A stretch of DNA of 64,000 nucleotides from a virus: the IMG/VR virus record IMGVR_UViG_3300045988_085380, positions 96,001-160,000 of that record, one strand, 5' to 3'. Shown in pieces: positions 17,949 through 24,984 of the stretch. Within the stretch, counting starts at the first letter, position 1, and every line of letters begins with the position of its first letter. The notes under the pieces are model-generated. The model saw only the letters and a program-made list of their open reading frames with translations. It was not told the origin of the DNA and did not search any database. Position numbers and translations under genes: made by a program.

Positions 17949-18038
17949 ATACGGATGCCTGAGTGGTCGAAAGGGTAGGTCTCCAAAACCTATAGAGACG
18001 AAAGTTGAACAGCGTAGGTTCGAATCCTACTCCGTGTG
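17949..18038 (+). tRNA. class II (long variable arm) tRNA with anticodon CCA; isotype uncertain
   Basis: ATACGGA-TG-CCTG-AGTGGTCGA-AAGG-G-TAGGT-CTCCAAA-ACCTA-(21-nt variable region)-GTAGG-TTCGAAT-CCTAC-TCCGTGT-G. Confidence 0.6.
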
Positions 18039-18253
18039 CAAATAAAAGGTGAAGTTGGGGTATCTTAGGATAGAATGAGCCTATAAGTCTTCAATGAGTC
18101 TAGTTAAATAAACTAGGCTCTACTCCCTGGCGTCATTTAAATCAGCTCTCTAAGCTTTAAGGTGAAGCACGAACCTTTTAAGTTCGGGAAGACAGGTCAG
18201 TACTGTCAGGAAGCACTCTGTATTTTATAAAAGTTAGAAGATTAACTTTATAA

Positions 18254-18282
18254 CTCTACCGGTTTGTGATAAATAGGTAGAG
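18254..18282 (+). promoter_or_regulatory. conserved-loop hairpin 4 nt 5' of tRNA-Asn
   Basis: CTCTACC-ggtttgtgataaata-GGTAGAG. Confidence 0.5.
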
Positions 18283-18286
18283 ACTT

Positions 18287-18360
18287 GTACCCTTAGTTCA
18301 GTTGGTTAGAACGCAAAACTGTTAATTTTGAAGTCGTAGGTTCAAATCCTACAGGGTACG
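18287..18360 (+). tRNA. tRNA-Asn(GUU)
   Basis: GTACCCT...CAAAA-CTGTTAA-TTTTG...GTAGG-TTCAAAT-CCTAC-AGGGTAC-G. Confidence 0.9.
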
Positions 18361-18399
18361 CAAATGTAAATTTTAAATGATTATAGAAATTATCTACAG

Positions 18400-18428
18400 G
18401 ATTCTCAGTCTGTGATAGATAGAGAATC
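18400..18428 (+). promoter_or_regulatory. conserved-loop hairpin 5 nt 5' of tRNA-Glu
   Basis: GATTCTC-agtctgtgatagata-GAGAATC. Confidence 0.5.
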
Positions 18429-18433
18429 TACTT

Positions 18434-18509
18434 GGCACTATCGTCTAGCTGGTCAGGACGGGATTCTTTCAAGATCCAAAGGCGATTTCGAGCATCGCTA
18501 GTGCTACCA
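18434..18509 (+). tRNA. tRNA-Glu(UUC), CCA encoded
   Basis: GGCACTA-TC-GTCT...GGAC-G-GGATT-CTTTCAA-GATCC...GCGAT-TTCGAGC-ATCGC-TAGTGCT-A-CCA. Confidence 0.85.
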
Positions 18510-18589
18510 TTTCAACCTTTTTTATAAAACTAATACGATTAATGTTTGAAATATAAAGTTGGTGGACTTTATAACGTTAAAGAGTTGTT

Positions 18590-18619
18590 AGGCTTCTGGT
18601 CTGTGAAGATAGGAAGCTT
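18590..18619 (+). promoter_or_regulatory. conserved-loop hairpin 3 nt 5' of tRNA-Ser
   Basis: AGGCTTC-tggtctgtgaagatag-GAAGCTT. Confidence 0.5.
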
Positions 18620-18622
18620 TAT

Positions 18623-18710
18623 GGAGAAATGGCTGAGTGGTCTAAAGCGGCACCCTGCTAAGGTGTTAGTCATATTACATGGCTCGGAGGTTCGAATCCT
18701 TCTTTCTCCG
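18623..18710 (+). tRNA. tRNA-Ser(GCU)
   Basis: GGAGAAA...CACC-CTGCTAA-GGTG, long variable arm, GGAGG-TTCGAAT-CCTTC-TTTCTCC-G. Confidence 0.9.
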
Positions 18711-18744
18711 CAACATTTATGACAAATTGTGAACTTGTAGTTGG

Positions 18745-18772
18745 AAAATATGGTTCGTGAGAATAGTATTTT
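18745..18772 (+). promoter_or_regulatory. conserved-loop hairpin 2 nt 5' of tRNA-Gln
   Basis: AAAATA-tggttcgtgagaatag-TATTTT. Confidence 0.45.
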
Positions 18773-18774
18773 AT

Positions 18775-18845
18775 TGGACTATGGTGTAATGGTAGCACTA
18801 CAGATTTTGGTTCTGTCAGTCCCAGTTCGAATCTGGGTAGTCCAA
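18775..18845 (+). tRNA. tRNA-Gln(UUG)
   Basis: TGGACTA-TG-GTGT-AATGGTA-GCAC-T-ACAGA-TTTTGGT-TCTGT-CAGT-CCCAG-TTCGAAT-CTGGG-TAGTCCA-A. Confidence 0.9.
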
Positions 18846-19010
18846 CAATTAAAATAGGTACTAAACAACTCTCAGTAACTCTATTAAATAGCGTAATTAC
18901 CTTAAAATTAATCATTTGGGTTAGAAAGAGAAAGAACGTTAGATAGCTGAGGACAATGGAATAGTTTAAATATAACCAGTGAAAATCGCCTATTATTTAA
19001 ATAGATTATT

Positions 19011-19022
19011 AACACATTAACA
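19011..19022 (+). promoter_or_regulatory. AACACATTAACA leader motif
   Basis: Exact 12-mer 9 nt before the ATG at 19032. Confidence 0.5.
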
Positions 19023-19031
19023 GATAAAATT

Positions 19032-19421
19032 ATGACAAGAGAAGAACATTTTATTAAGAAGACCCAACTATTGGCACAAATAGATAGTGCTGAGAAGTTA
19101 GGTTGTAAGAATGTACTTAAATATGCACGAGCAGAATTAGCCAAATTGGAGAAGAAATTTTGGGAGGAACATTTTTCTAATCCATTATTTAGTTATATGG
19201 TAACTAGAGAAGAAATGGATAAACTCATAGAAGATGGAGTAGATCCTACTTTTAAAATACGTGTAACCTTTAAGGGTGGTGAAGCATACGACTTAATGTA
19301 TTATCACGAAATTGCTCCAGGTGTTAAACATTCTGCTATTGAGAAATGGGCAAAGGATGAATTAGCTAAAACTATTCCTCATCCTGAAAATATTGTGAGC
19401 ACTCACTTTATTATAGGTTAA
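19032..19421 (+). CDS. hypothetical protein
   Basis: Intact 129-aa ORF. Confidence 0.6.
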   Translation: MTREEHFIKKTQLLAQIDSAEKLGCKNVLKYARAELAKLEKKFWEEHFSNPLFSYMVTREEMDKLIEDGVDPTFKIRVTFKGGEAYDLMYYHEIAPGVKHSAIEKWAKDELAKTIPHPENIVSTHFIIG

Positions 19422-19435
19422 TTAAATTAAGTAAT

Positions 19436-19795
19436 ATGGAAATAAAAACAATACAAATTGATTCTGATACATTTCTTGTATTTAAAGGTATTGAATACAG
19501 ACAAATAAATGTAGAGGATATAGTTAGTTTAGAGACATTAGATAAATATGTCTTAATAATAACTAAGGATAATAGAAAGTTTACTATTGGTTGTTCTTTA
19601 ACTAGTATTACTAAGAAATTATGTCTTGATTATATAGTAGTAACTAAAGGTTTCTTAATTAATAAGAAATATATATCTGAATTAACTAGGAAACCTGATG
19701 ATAAAGATAAGTATATTTTAGTACTTAATGATTCCTATCACACTACTAGAGAAGTATCTTTATATATTGCAAAAAATATTTTAGAACAATTATAA
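19436..19795 (+). CDS. LytTR-type DNA-binding domain protein
   Basis: 119 aa; pattern IQIDSDTFLVFKG...INVEDIVSLETLDKYVLIITKDNRKFTIGCSLTSITKKL...GFLINKKYISEL...L resembles the LytTR domain. Confidence 0.5.
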   Translation: MEIKTIQIDSDTFLVFKGIEYRQINVEDIVSLETLDKYVLIITKDNRKFTIGCSLTSITKKLCLDYIVVTKGFLINKKYISELTRKPDDKDKYILVLNDSYHTTREVSLYIAKNILEQL

Positions 19796-19796
19796 T

Positions 19797-19916
19797 ATGA
19801 AGAAAATAGTATTAAAAGTAACAGTGAAAGTTCCAGATGATTATGTACTAGATGATCCATCTTGGTTATTAGAGAACATTGGTATTGGATATGACTATGA
19901 TGTTGAACGTATTTAA
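19797..19916 (+). CDS. small hypothetical protein (39 aa)
   Basis: ATG 1 nt after the upstream stop; followed by a terminator. Confidence 0.35.
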   Translation: MKKIVLKVTVKVPDDYVLDDPSWLLENIGIGYDYDVERI

Positions 19917-19973
19917 TTTGTTTAAATCATTATACAATAAAGACGACATGTTGGTATTTACAAAAATATTGTT

Positions 19974-20007
19974 GGCAACTAGCAGATAATTAGTTGCTCC
20001 TTTTTTT
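19974..20007 (+). terminator. intrinsic terminator
   Basis: GGCAACTA-gcagataat-TAGTTGCTCC followed by TTTTTTT. Confidence 0.75.
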
Positions 20008-20061
20008 GTCTAAAGGTTGGCAGTATATTCCACCAGACATTAAACTCTAAAACTGCCAAAT

Positions 20062-20717
20062 CGCTTAGTGGTGAAACTGGGATACACGAGGGACTTATTA
20101 GAGTACCAGTAATGGTGAATTTGAGTGCCCTATGAGAAATCATAGGAGTAGAATCTCCCTAATTAAACAAGTTAATTGTAATTATATTAGATTTTTATAG
20201 TATAATCTATTAGCTTGCAACAGAAGCCTCACTTATGGTGACATAAGTTTTGGTGACGGCGAACTAAATTAAATAAAATAAGAGTGAGGGGCAACAGACA
20301 TACCTCTTAATGTATCGGTGGAGTGGCGAAGACAATAGGCATATTGTAGACTCTTATTTTGTTTATAAATGGCGTAGAGACTATATAGGAGATACCTAAG
20401 TTAGGAATTGTATATTTAAAATTAAACTGGCAAGATTCGCAGAAATAAGGGGAGCAGACTGCTATTAGAGGTTAGATTAAACCTTATATACTTACTTGCA
20501 AGATTTCTAATATGGTAGTAAAATAGTCCAGACCACAATAACTTATATGGGAGGTATTTCACAATAATTATTACTAAATGTGTTAAGTACTGTAACTCCA
20601 TGCTAGCGTTGAGTGTAATAGGTAGGACGTAAATAAGTTAGCTTGTGTAAAAGCAAGTGTGGTAGGAAAATCCCTTGGTCAGGAATGACCGTACGGGTTC
20701 GAATCCCGTCTAAGCGA
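20062..20717 (+). tRNA. tRNA-Leu(UAA) split by a group I intron (exons 20062..20096 and 20667..20717)
   Basis: Spliced sequence: CGCTTAG-TG-GTGA-AACTGGGAT-ACAC-G-AGGGA-CTT|AAAA-TCCCT-TGGTCAGGAATGACCGT-ACGGG-TTCGAAT-CCCGT-CTAAGCG-A. Perfect 7-bp acceptor stem; class II variable arm. Confidence 0.85.
20097..20666 (+). ncRNA. group I intron (IC3-like core), ORF-less, 570 nt
   Basis: Inserted between U34 and A35. The exon U pairs with an intron G (ACTT/GAGT P1) and the intron ends in G. GTAGAGACTA (20374-83) and ACCTAAG (20394-400) match the Azoarcus/Anabaena tRNA-intron core as I recall it. GAAA-capped hairpin CCTATGA-gaaa-TCATAGG. Confidence 0.75.
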
Positions 20718-20834
20718 CATAATTGATTATCTATGTTTTTTTGAAATTGAAATTATTCATAATTACTGTGAATTTGTGAAAATTTATAAGTAATGTAAAA
20801 TTTTCGTTTTGTAGAAGATTTTATCTTTCATTTT

Positions 20835-20868
20835 AAACTCATATTGCTTGTGAAAGTAGTATGAGTTT
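20835..20868 (+). promoter_or_regulatory. conserved-loop hairpin upstream of the recoded gene 20954
   Basis: AAACTCATA-ttgcttgtgaaagtag-TATGAGTTT. Confidence 0.45.
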
Positions 20869-20953
20869 TAATTTATTTGTAATTTCTATGTCATAGACTT
20901 ATAATAAATAAGTGATTAATCAATTAAAAATAATAACTTAAATATTAATATTT

Positions 20954-22015
20954 ATGACAGGAAATTTTGAAAATAGTTATCTTGGAAACATTATTGGAGT
21001 ACAAAGATAGAAAATGAAGGATTTTACTAATTCGAGATTAAAAAAGGTAAAATAGATGAATTAGAGAGCTACATAGGGTTCTAAATAGCTTTAGATTAGA
21101 AGAAAACAGCAAAATAATTATGATGCCAGATTAAGAGCTAAATATGGTGCTATGTATGACCCTAACAAAGTTCGTCAATAGCAGTAGGAATTAGTTAAAG
21201 CTGGTTATAATATTGCAGTAGATGGAGATTGGGGTGTAAAAAGTAAATAGGCATGGCATGATTATTAGTTAAAAAAGAATTAGTAGACTACCAAAGATAC
21301 CGATATGTTTACTAGTTTAACTAATTGGATTAATAAGTTTAAGCCAAAACCTTATCCATTATCTACTAACAAGAATGAATAGGCTATTATAGACCGTAAA
21401 GTACATAGCGGTGTTACTGAACCTTATTGGATACTAGATAGAAATAATCATCAATTAAAACACATGCAAGGAAACAAAGCCTTAGCACAATTTGATGTTA
21501 TGACAGGTTTATCCAATGACTAGGATGGATATAATTTTTGGGATAGTTATAAAACTGATCCAGTATACTAGAAAAATAAAAACTTTTATAATGGAAGTAA
21601 ACAAGCCTAGGTAACACCTGCTGGTATTTTTACTTTATCTTCTTCTAGTTATGAAGGACGCCCAGCATTTAGATGGAATGAGGGAAGTAGAGATAATACA
21701 AACACTAAGTAGAAAACTTCTGTTTTATTTCATATTATGCCTAAGAGCAGATAGGCTGATTTTAAAAATGGAATTAGAAATAAATCTTATGGTTGTGTTA
21801 ATTTGCCTACAGATGCACTTAACTATATGATAAATAATAACGCAGTAGGAGATTCTATATATTCTCTGCCTGTTAGATAGGGTAATTATATATATGAGTC
21901 TGAGGAAGAAGGACATCCATTAAAAGTACATTATGGAAATGCTCCTCAAAGAGTTTAGGGAAAACATTATGCAAATAAATATGATTTAAATTTAAATTAT
22001 AATAAAGGATATTAA
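20954..22015 (+). CDS. PG-binding plus L,D-transpeptidase (YkuD)-like cell-wall enzyme, amber-recoded (20 in-frame TAGs)
   Basis: ELVKAGYNIAVDGDWGVKSKQAWHDYQ (PG_binding_1-like) and TPAGIF...FHIMP...KSYGCVNLPTDALNYM...GDSIY (YkuD His/Cys motif). ATG 20954, TAA 22013; 354 codons. Confidence 0.75.
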
Positions 22016-22022
22016 TTAGATT

Positions 22023-22628
22023 ATGAAACTATTATTTAGATTATTAATAATATTATTAGTTACATCTTGTTCTAATAATGTTACAAAGGGAAATATTACA
22101 GATTGTGATAGTTTTCCTGCAGATCCAATTGCTTATATTTATTTACAACCTTATGATGATTTTACACAACAGGAAGCTACAAAGCTAGCCTCTAAAATCA
22201 CAAAGGGATTAAGTAAGGTATACGGAGGTGATTGGACTAATGTAAAAGTATTAGCTAATAAGGACTTACCAGAAAAAGCTTATTACAAGCCTCGGAATAG
22301 GTACTTAGCTAATGAGTTATTAAAAAATCTTAATATTAATAAGGAGCAATCCTATATAATAGGTTTAACTCATAAAGATATATCATACAAAATACACGGT
22401 CAAACTAACTATGGAATAATGGGATTAACTCCTTTGAATAGTAATAAATCTATAGTTAGTGATTATAGAACACATGATTTAGTTGCTGTAATAGTGCATG
22501 AATTTGGTCATGGATTTTATGGGGCAAAACATTGTACTAATCCTAAATGTATAATGTGTGATTATCAAAAACACAAAGGAAAGCCTTTTATATATAAATT
22601 ATGTAAAGAGCACTCCTTTATGAATTAA
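22023..22628 (+). CDS. lipoprotein, archaemetzincin-like (M54-type) zinc metallopeptidase
   Basis: Lipobox LLVTSCS; motif HEFGHGFYGAKHCTNPKCIMC. Confidence 0.6.
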   Translation: MKLLFRLLIILLVTSCSNNVTKGNITDCDSFPADPIAYIYLQPYDDFTQQEATKLASKITKGLSKVYGGDWTNVKVLANKDLPEKAYYKPRNRYLANELLKNLNINKEQSYIIGLTHKDISYKIHGQTNYGIMGLTPLNSNKSIVSDYRTHDLVAVIVHEFGHGFYGAKHCTNPKCIMCDYQKHKGKPFIYKLCKEHSFMN

Positions 22629-22770
22629 GGCTATATAGCAATACTAGTATAATAGCATGTCCAGATGCTTAATCGCTGGAATAGGCTGTCTGAGGCTATC
22701 CGGTTATGGCAGTATGTGGTGGCACATAATCAACTAACTAGGTTTATGTATTTAGTAAGCGTAAATACTC

Positions 22771-22787
22771 CTACGTGTGATTCGTAG
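22771..22787 (+). promoter_or_regulatory. short hairpin CTACG-tgtgatt-CGTAG 2 nt 5' of a tRNA-like gene
   Basis: GTGAT-containing loop. Confidence 0.35.
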
Positions 22788-22789
22788 TG

Positions 22790-22861
22790 GAATGCGTAGC
22801 TCAATTGGATAGAGCACCGGATGTAATCCGGAGGTTGGCAGTTCGAGTCTGTCCATATTTA
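22790..22861 (+). tRNA. non-canonical tRNA-like gene (possible anticodon GUA; anticodon arm 2 nt short; one acceptor mismatch)
   Basis: GAATGCG-TA-GCTC-AATTGGATA-GAGC-A-CCGG-ATGTAAT-CCGG-A-GGTT-GGCAG-TTCGAGT-CTGTC-CATATTT-A. Confidence 0.4.
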
Positions 22862-23101
22862 CCCCATTATTATTCATATTCGATGTTTTATACTCATAAG
22901 TTTGAAAACTTTCTAAGTTTTCGGTAAAGGGTTCTGTTTGTGAAAATGGAATTATTTATCTGTTTTTGGTTATGAATATATGTGAGAACTTTAATAAGTC
23001 GGAGGACTTACAAAACTCAAAAAGTGTGTCTTAGTGGCAAGTGCACGCCCTGCTAGCAATTAGGGAGGAGAGGAAGTAGCGACCCTCAGGCACTTTTATA
23101 T

Positions 23102-23178
23102 CCGTGTTTAACTCAGTTGGTCAGAGTGCTCAGCTTATACCTAAGTGGTCGGGGGTTCAAGTCCCTCAACACGGACCA
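23102..23178 (+). tRNA. tRNA-Ile(UAU), CCA encoded
   Basis: CCGTGTT-TA-ACTC-AGTTGGTCA-GAGT-G-CTCAG-CTTATAC-CTAAG-TGGTC-GGGGG-TTCAAGT-CCCTC-AACACGG-A-CCA (one C.A mismatch in the anticodon stem). Confidence 0.75.
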
Positions 23179-23256
23179 TTTCTTTTATCATATTATTATT
23201 ATTTTGGAGAGTCTAATTAGTTAATCTAGTTAGGCTCTTTTATTGTTTAATTAAAT

Positions 23257-23268
23257 AACACATTAACA
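23257..23268 (+). promoter_or_regulatory. AACACATTAACA leader motif
   Basis: Exact 12-mer 1 nt before the ATG at 23270. Confidence 0.5.
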
Positions 23269-23269
23269 T

Positions 23270-23488
23270 ATGGAAAAAGTAAACTTAAAAGTAAATGACA
23301 TCTTTTCCCAAGCGTGGAAGGGATGTCAAAAACCTATGTGGTTTAAAGTTCTTAATATAGATAGAACTAATAACAGCATAGAAGTAGAGTGCCATTCATT
23401 TGATGGTCTTAATGTATTTCCTGAAGTTTGGTCTTTAGATTCTACAGAAATAGGATTTGAGATTGGTGATTATAAAGTAGTTAAATAA
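23270..23488 (+). CDS. hypothetical protein
   Basis: Intact 72-aa ORF. Confidence 0.55.
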   Translation: MEKVNLKVNDIFSQAWKGCQKPMWFKVLNIDRTNNSIEVECHSFDGLNVFPEVWSLDSTEIGFEIGDYKVVK

Positions 23489-23490
23489 TT

Positions 23491-23928
23491 ATGTGTTGGA
23501 TGGGTAATGCTACAGCTATTAAAAAGATAGCTGAAAGAGATTTCTATGTCTATAAAATAGGGCGAGTTCCATGGAATAGTATTTTTGTTAGCCATTTTAA
23601 AAATTTCGATTACATTCCTAAAGTTCGTAATAGAAAGATTCCTCTAATAGTTCAGTGTCCTTGTAGAGATACTTATATAATACAAGAGGGTTATCATTCT
23701 TACAAGTGGATAGCTATAGATAATACTAATCCATATGAGAGATGTTTACATTTAGGTAACTATGATCCTACCTTAAAGGAAAATTTATCACTATATGAGT
23801 ATTGTTGTATAGGTACATTTATAATTCCTAAAGGCGCTAAATACTTTGAGAACGAGTGTGGTTGGATAGTATCTTCTGAAATTATTTATACTGGTAAATA
23901 TTTAAGAATAAGTAATTTTAACAAATAA
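23491..23928 (+). CDS. MCW-family paralogue 1 (unknown function)
   Basis: Starts MCW; shared motifs VYKI, EGYHSY, TFIIPKGAKY...VSSEIIYTGKYL. Confidence 0.7.
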   Translation: MCWMGNATAIKKIAERDFYVYKIGRVPWNSIFVSHFKNFDYIPKVRNRKIPLIVQCPCRDTYIIQEGYHSYKWIAIDNTNPYERCLHLGNYDPTLKENLSLYEYCCIGTFIIPKGAKYFENECGWIVSSEIIYTGKYLRISNFNK

Positions 23929-23930
23929 TT

Positions 23931-24374
23931 ATGTGCTGGATTGAAATTAAAGATAATATAAATGTTCAAATTGCTGATAAGGGCTTTAAGGTTTATAAGA
24001 TAGTATTAGATGCTAGTAAGCAATCTTGTAAATCTATTGTTAGAGGCTTTAATTATACAGTAGACACTCTATATACTATACCCACTATAGAATATGAAGT
24101 ATTTAATCACCATTATAGAGAAATCAAAATAGAAAAGGCATACCACAGTTATACTGGAATACATTTTATATGCGGTACTTCTTACTGTATTCACGATGGA
24201 GCAACTAGATGTAGAGACTTGTTATTTGGAAATAGAGCAGTATGTATTCCTTTCGAAAATAAGGCTTATATAGCAACTTTTATAATCCCTAAAGGTGCTA
24301 CATATATTATAAATACTAAAGGTGAAGTTGTATCCGATAAAATCATTTATACTGGTAAACATTTAAAACTATAA
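23931..24374 (+). CDS. MCW-family paralogue 2
   Basis: MCW..., VYKI, KAYHSY, TFIIPKGATY...VVSDKIIYTGKHL. Confidence 0.7.
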   Translation: MCWIEIKDNINVQIADKGFKVYKIVLDASKQSCKSIVRGFNYTVDTLYTIPTIEYEVFNHHYREIKIEKAYHSYTGIHFICGTSYCIHDGATRCRDLLFGNRAVCIPFENKAYIATFIIPKGATYIINTKGEVVSDKIIYTGKHLKL

Positions 24375-24378
24375 GACT

Positions 24379-24969
24379 ATGTGTTGGACTTGTAATATTA
24401 ATAAATTAAAAGCTCAAACAGCTAAAGAAGATATTAATGTATATAAAGTAGTTAAAAAAGCTACTAAAAAGTCTTGTGTATCTCTATTTATGGATTATAC
24501 TTATTATTCAAAGGATATACAACCTTCTTTAACTTTAGGAGTAATAATTGAATCTAGTTCAATTTTTGCAAAAATTACAGAAGGTTATCATAGTTACTCT
24601 TCTGTAAATTTCGTATGCGATTCAATAGTGGAAGGAATCCTTGGAGGTTATGTAAAAACTATACAATGTGGAAATCGTAAGGGAACATTTAGAGTAGACA
24701 ATTCTTTATATTTAGCTGCATTTATAATTCCTGTAGGTTCTGTATATTTTACAAATGAAGAAGGTGTAATAGTATCTAATAAAATGGCAAAAATATTTAA
24801 ATGTAAGGGCATTCCTTATTATATTACAGGATGTTCTGACAAGCTAACAGCATCAGTAGTTGCAATTAAAAATCGCTGGGGAGTTACTCCAGGTGATTTA
24901 GTTGAGGTTGAATCTATTGATGATACAAATGCTCATATAGTAGATAAGTCTAAATTCTATTCTGAGTAG
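24379..24969 (+). CDS. MCW-family paralogue 3 with about 50-aa C-terminal extension (ends TAG-TAA)
   Basis: MCW..., VYKV, EGYHSY, AFIIPVGSVY...IVSNKM, then a unique tail. Confidence 0.7.
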   Translation: MCWTCNINKLKAQTAKEDINVYKVVKKATKKSCVSLFMDYTYYSKDIQPSLTLGVIIESSSIFAKITEGYHSYSSVNFVCDSIVEGILGGYVKTIQCGNRKGTFRVDNSLYLAAFIIPVGSVYFTNEEGVIVSNKMAKIFKCKGIPYYITGCSDKLTASVVAIKNRWGVTPGDLVEVESIDDTNAHIVDKSKFYSE

Positions 24970-24984
24970 TAACAATATTTATCT

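Noticed and set aside
17030-19144. ORFs 17030..17230(-), 18670..18915(-) and 18908..19144(-)
   Set aside because: They overlap well-formed tRNA genes (Arg, Ser, Gln) or the start of 19032..19421. No coding signal; artefacts of the ORF caller.
21725-21916. Minus-strand ORF inside 20954..22015
   Set aside because: It is antisense to the amber-recoded YkuD/PG-binding gene, whose translation has clear domain motifs.
24783-24969. Divergent C-terminus of MCW paralogue 3 as evidence for an intron splitting the gene
   Set aside because: The tail still contains a YYITG remnant of the family motif and ends in TAG-TAA. No downstream exon encoding the expected YTG..L ending was found after the structured RNA region.
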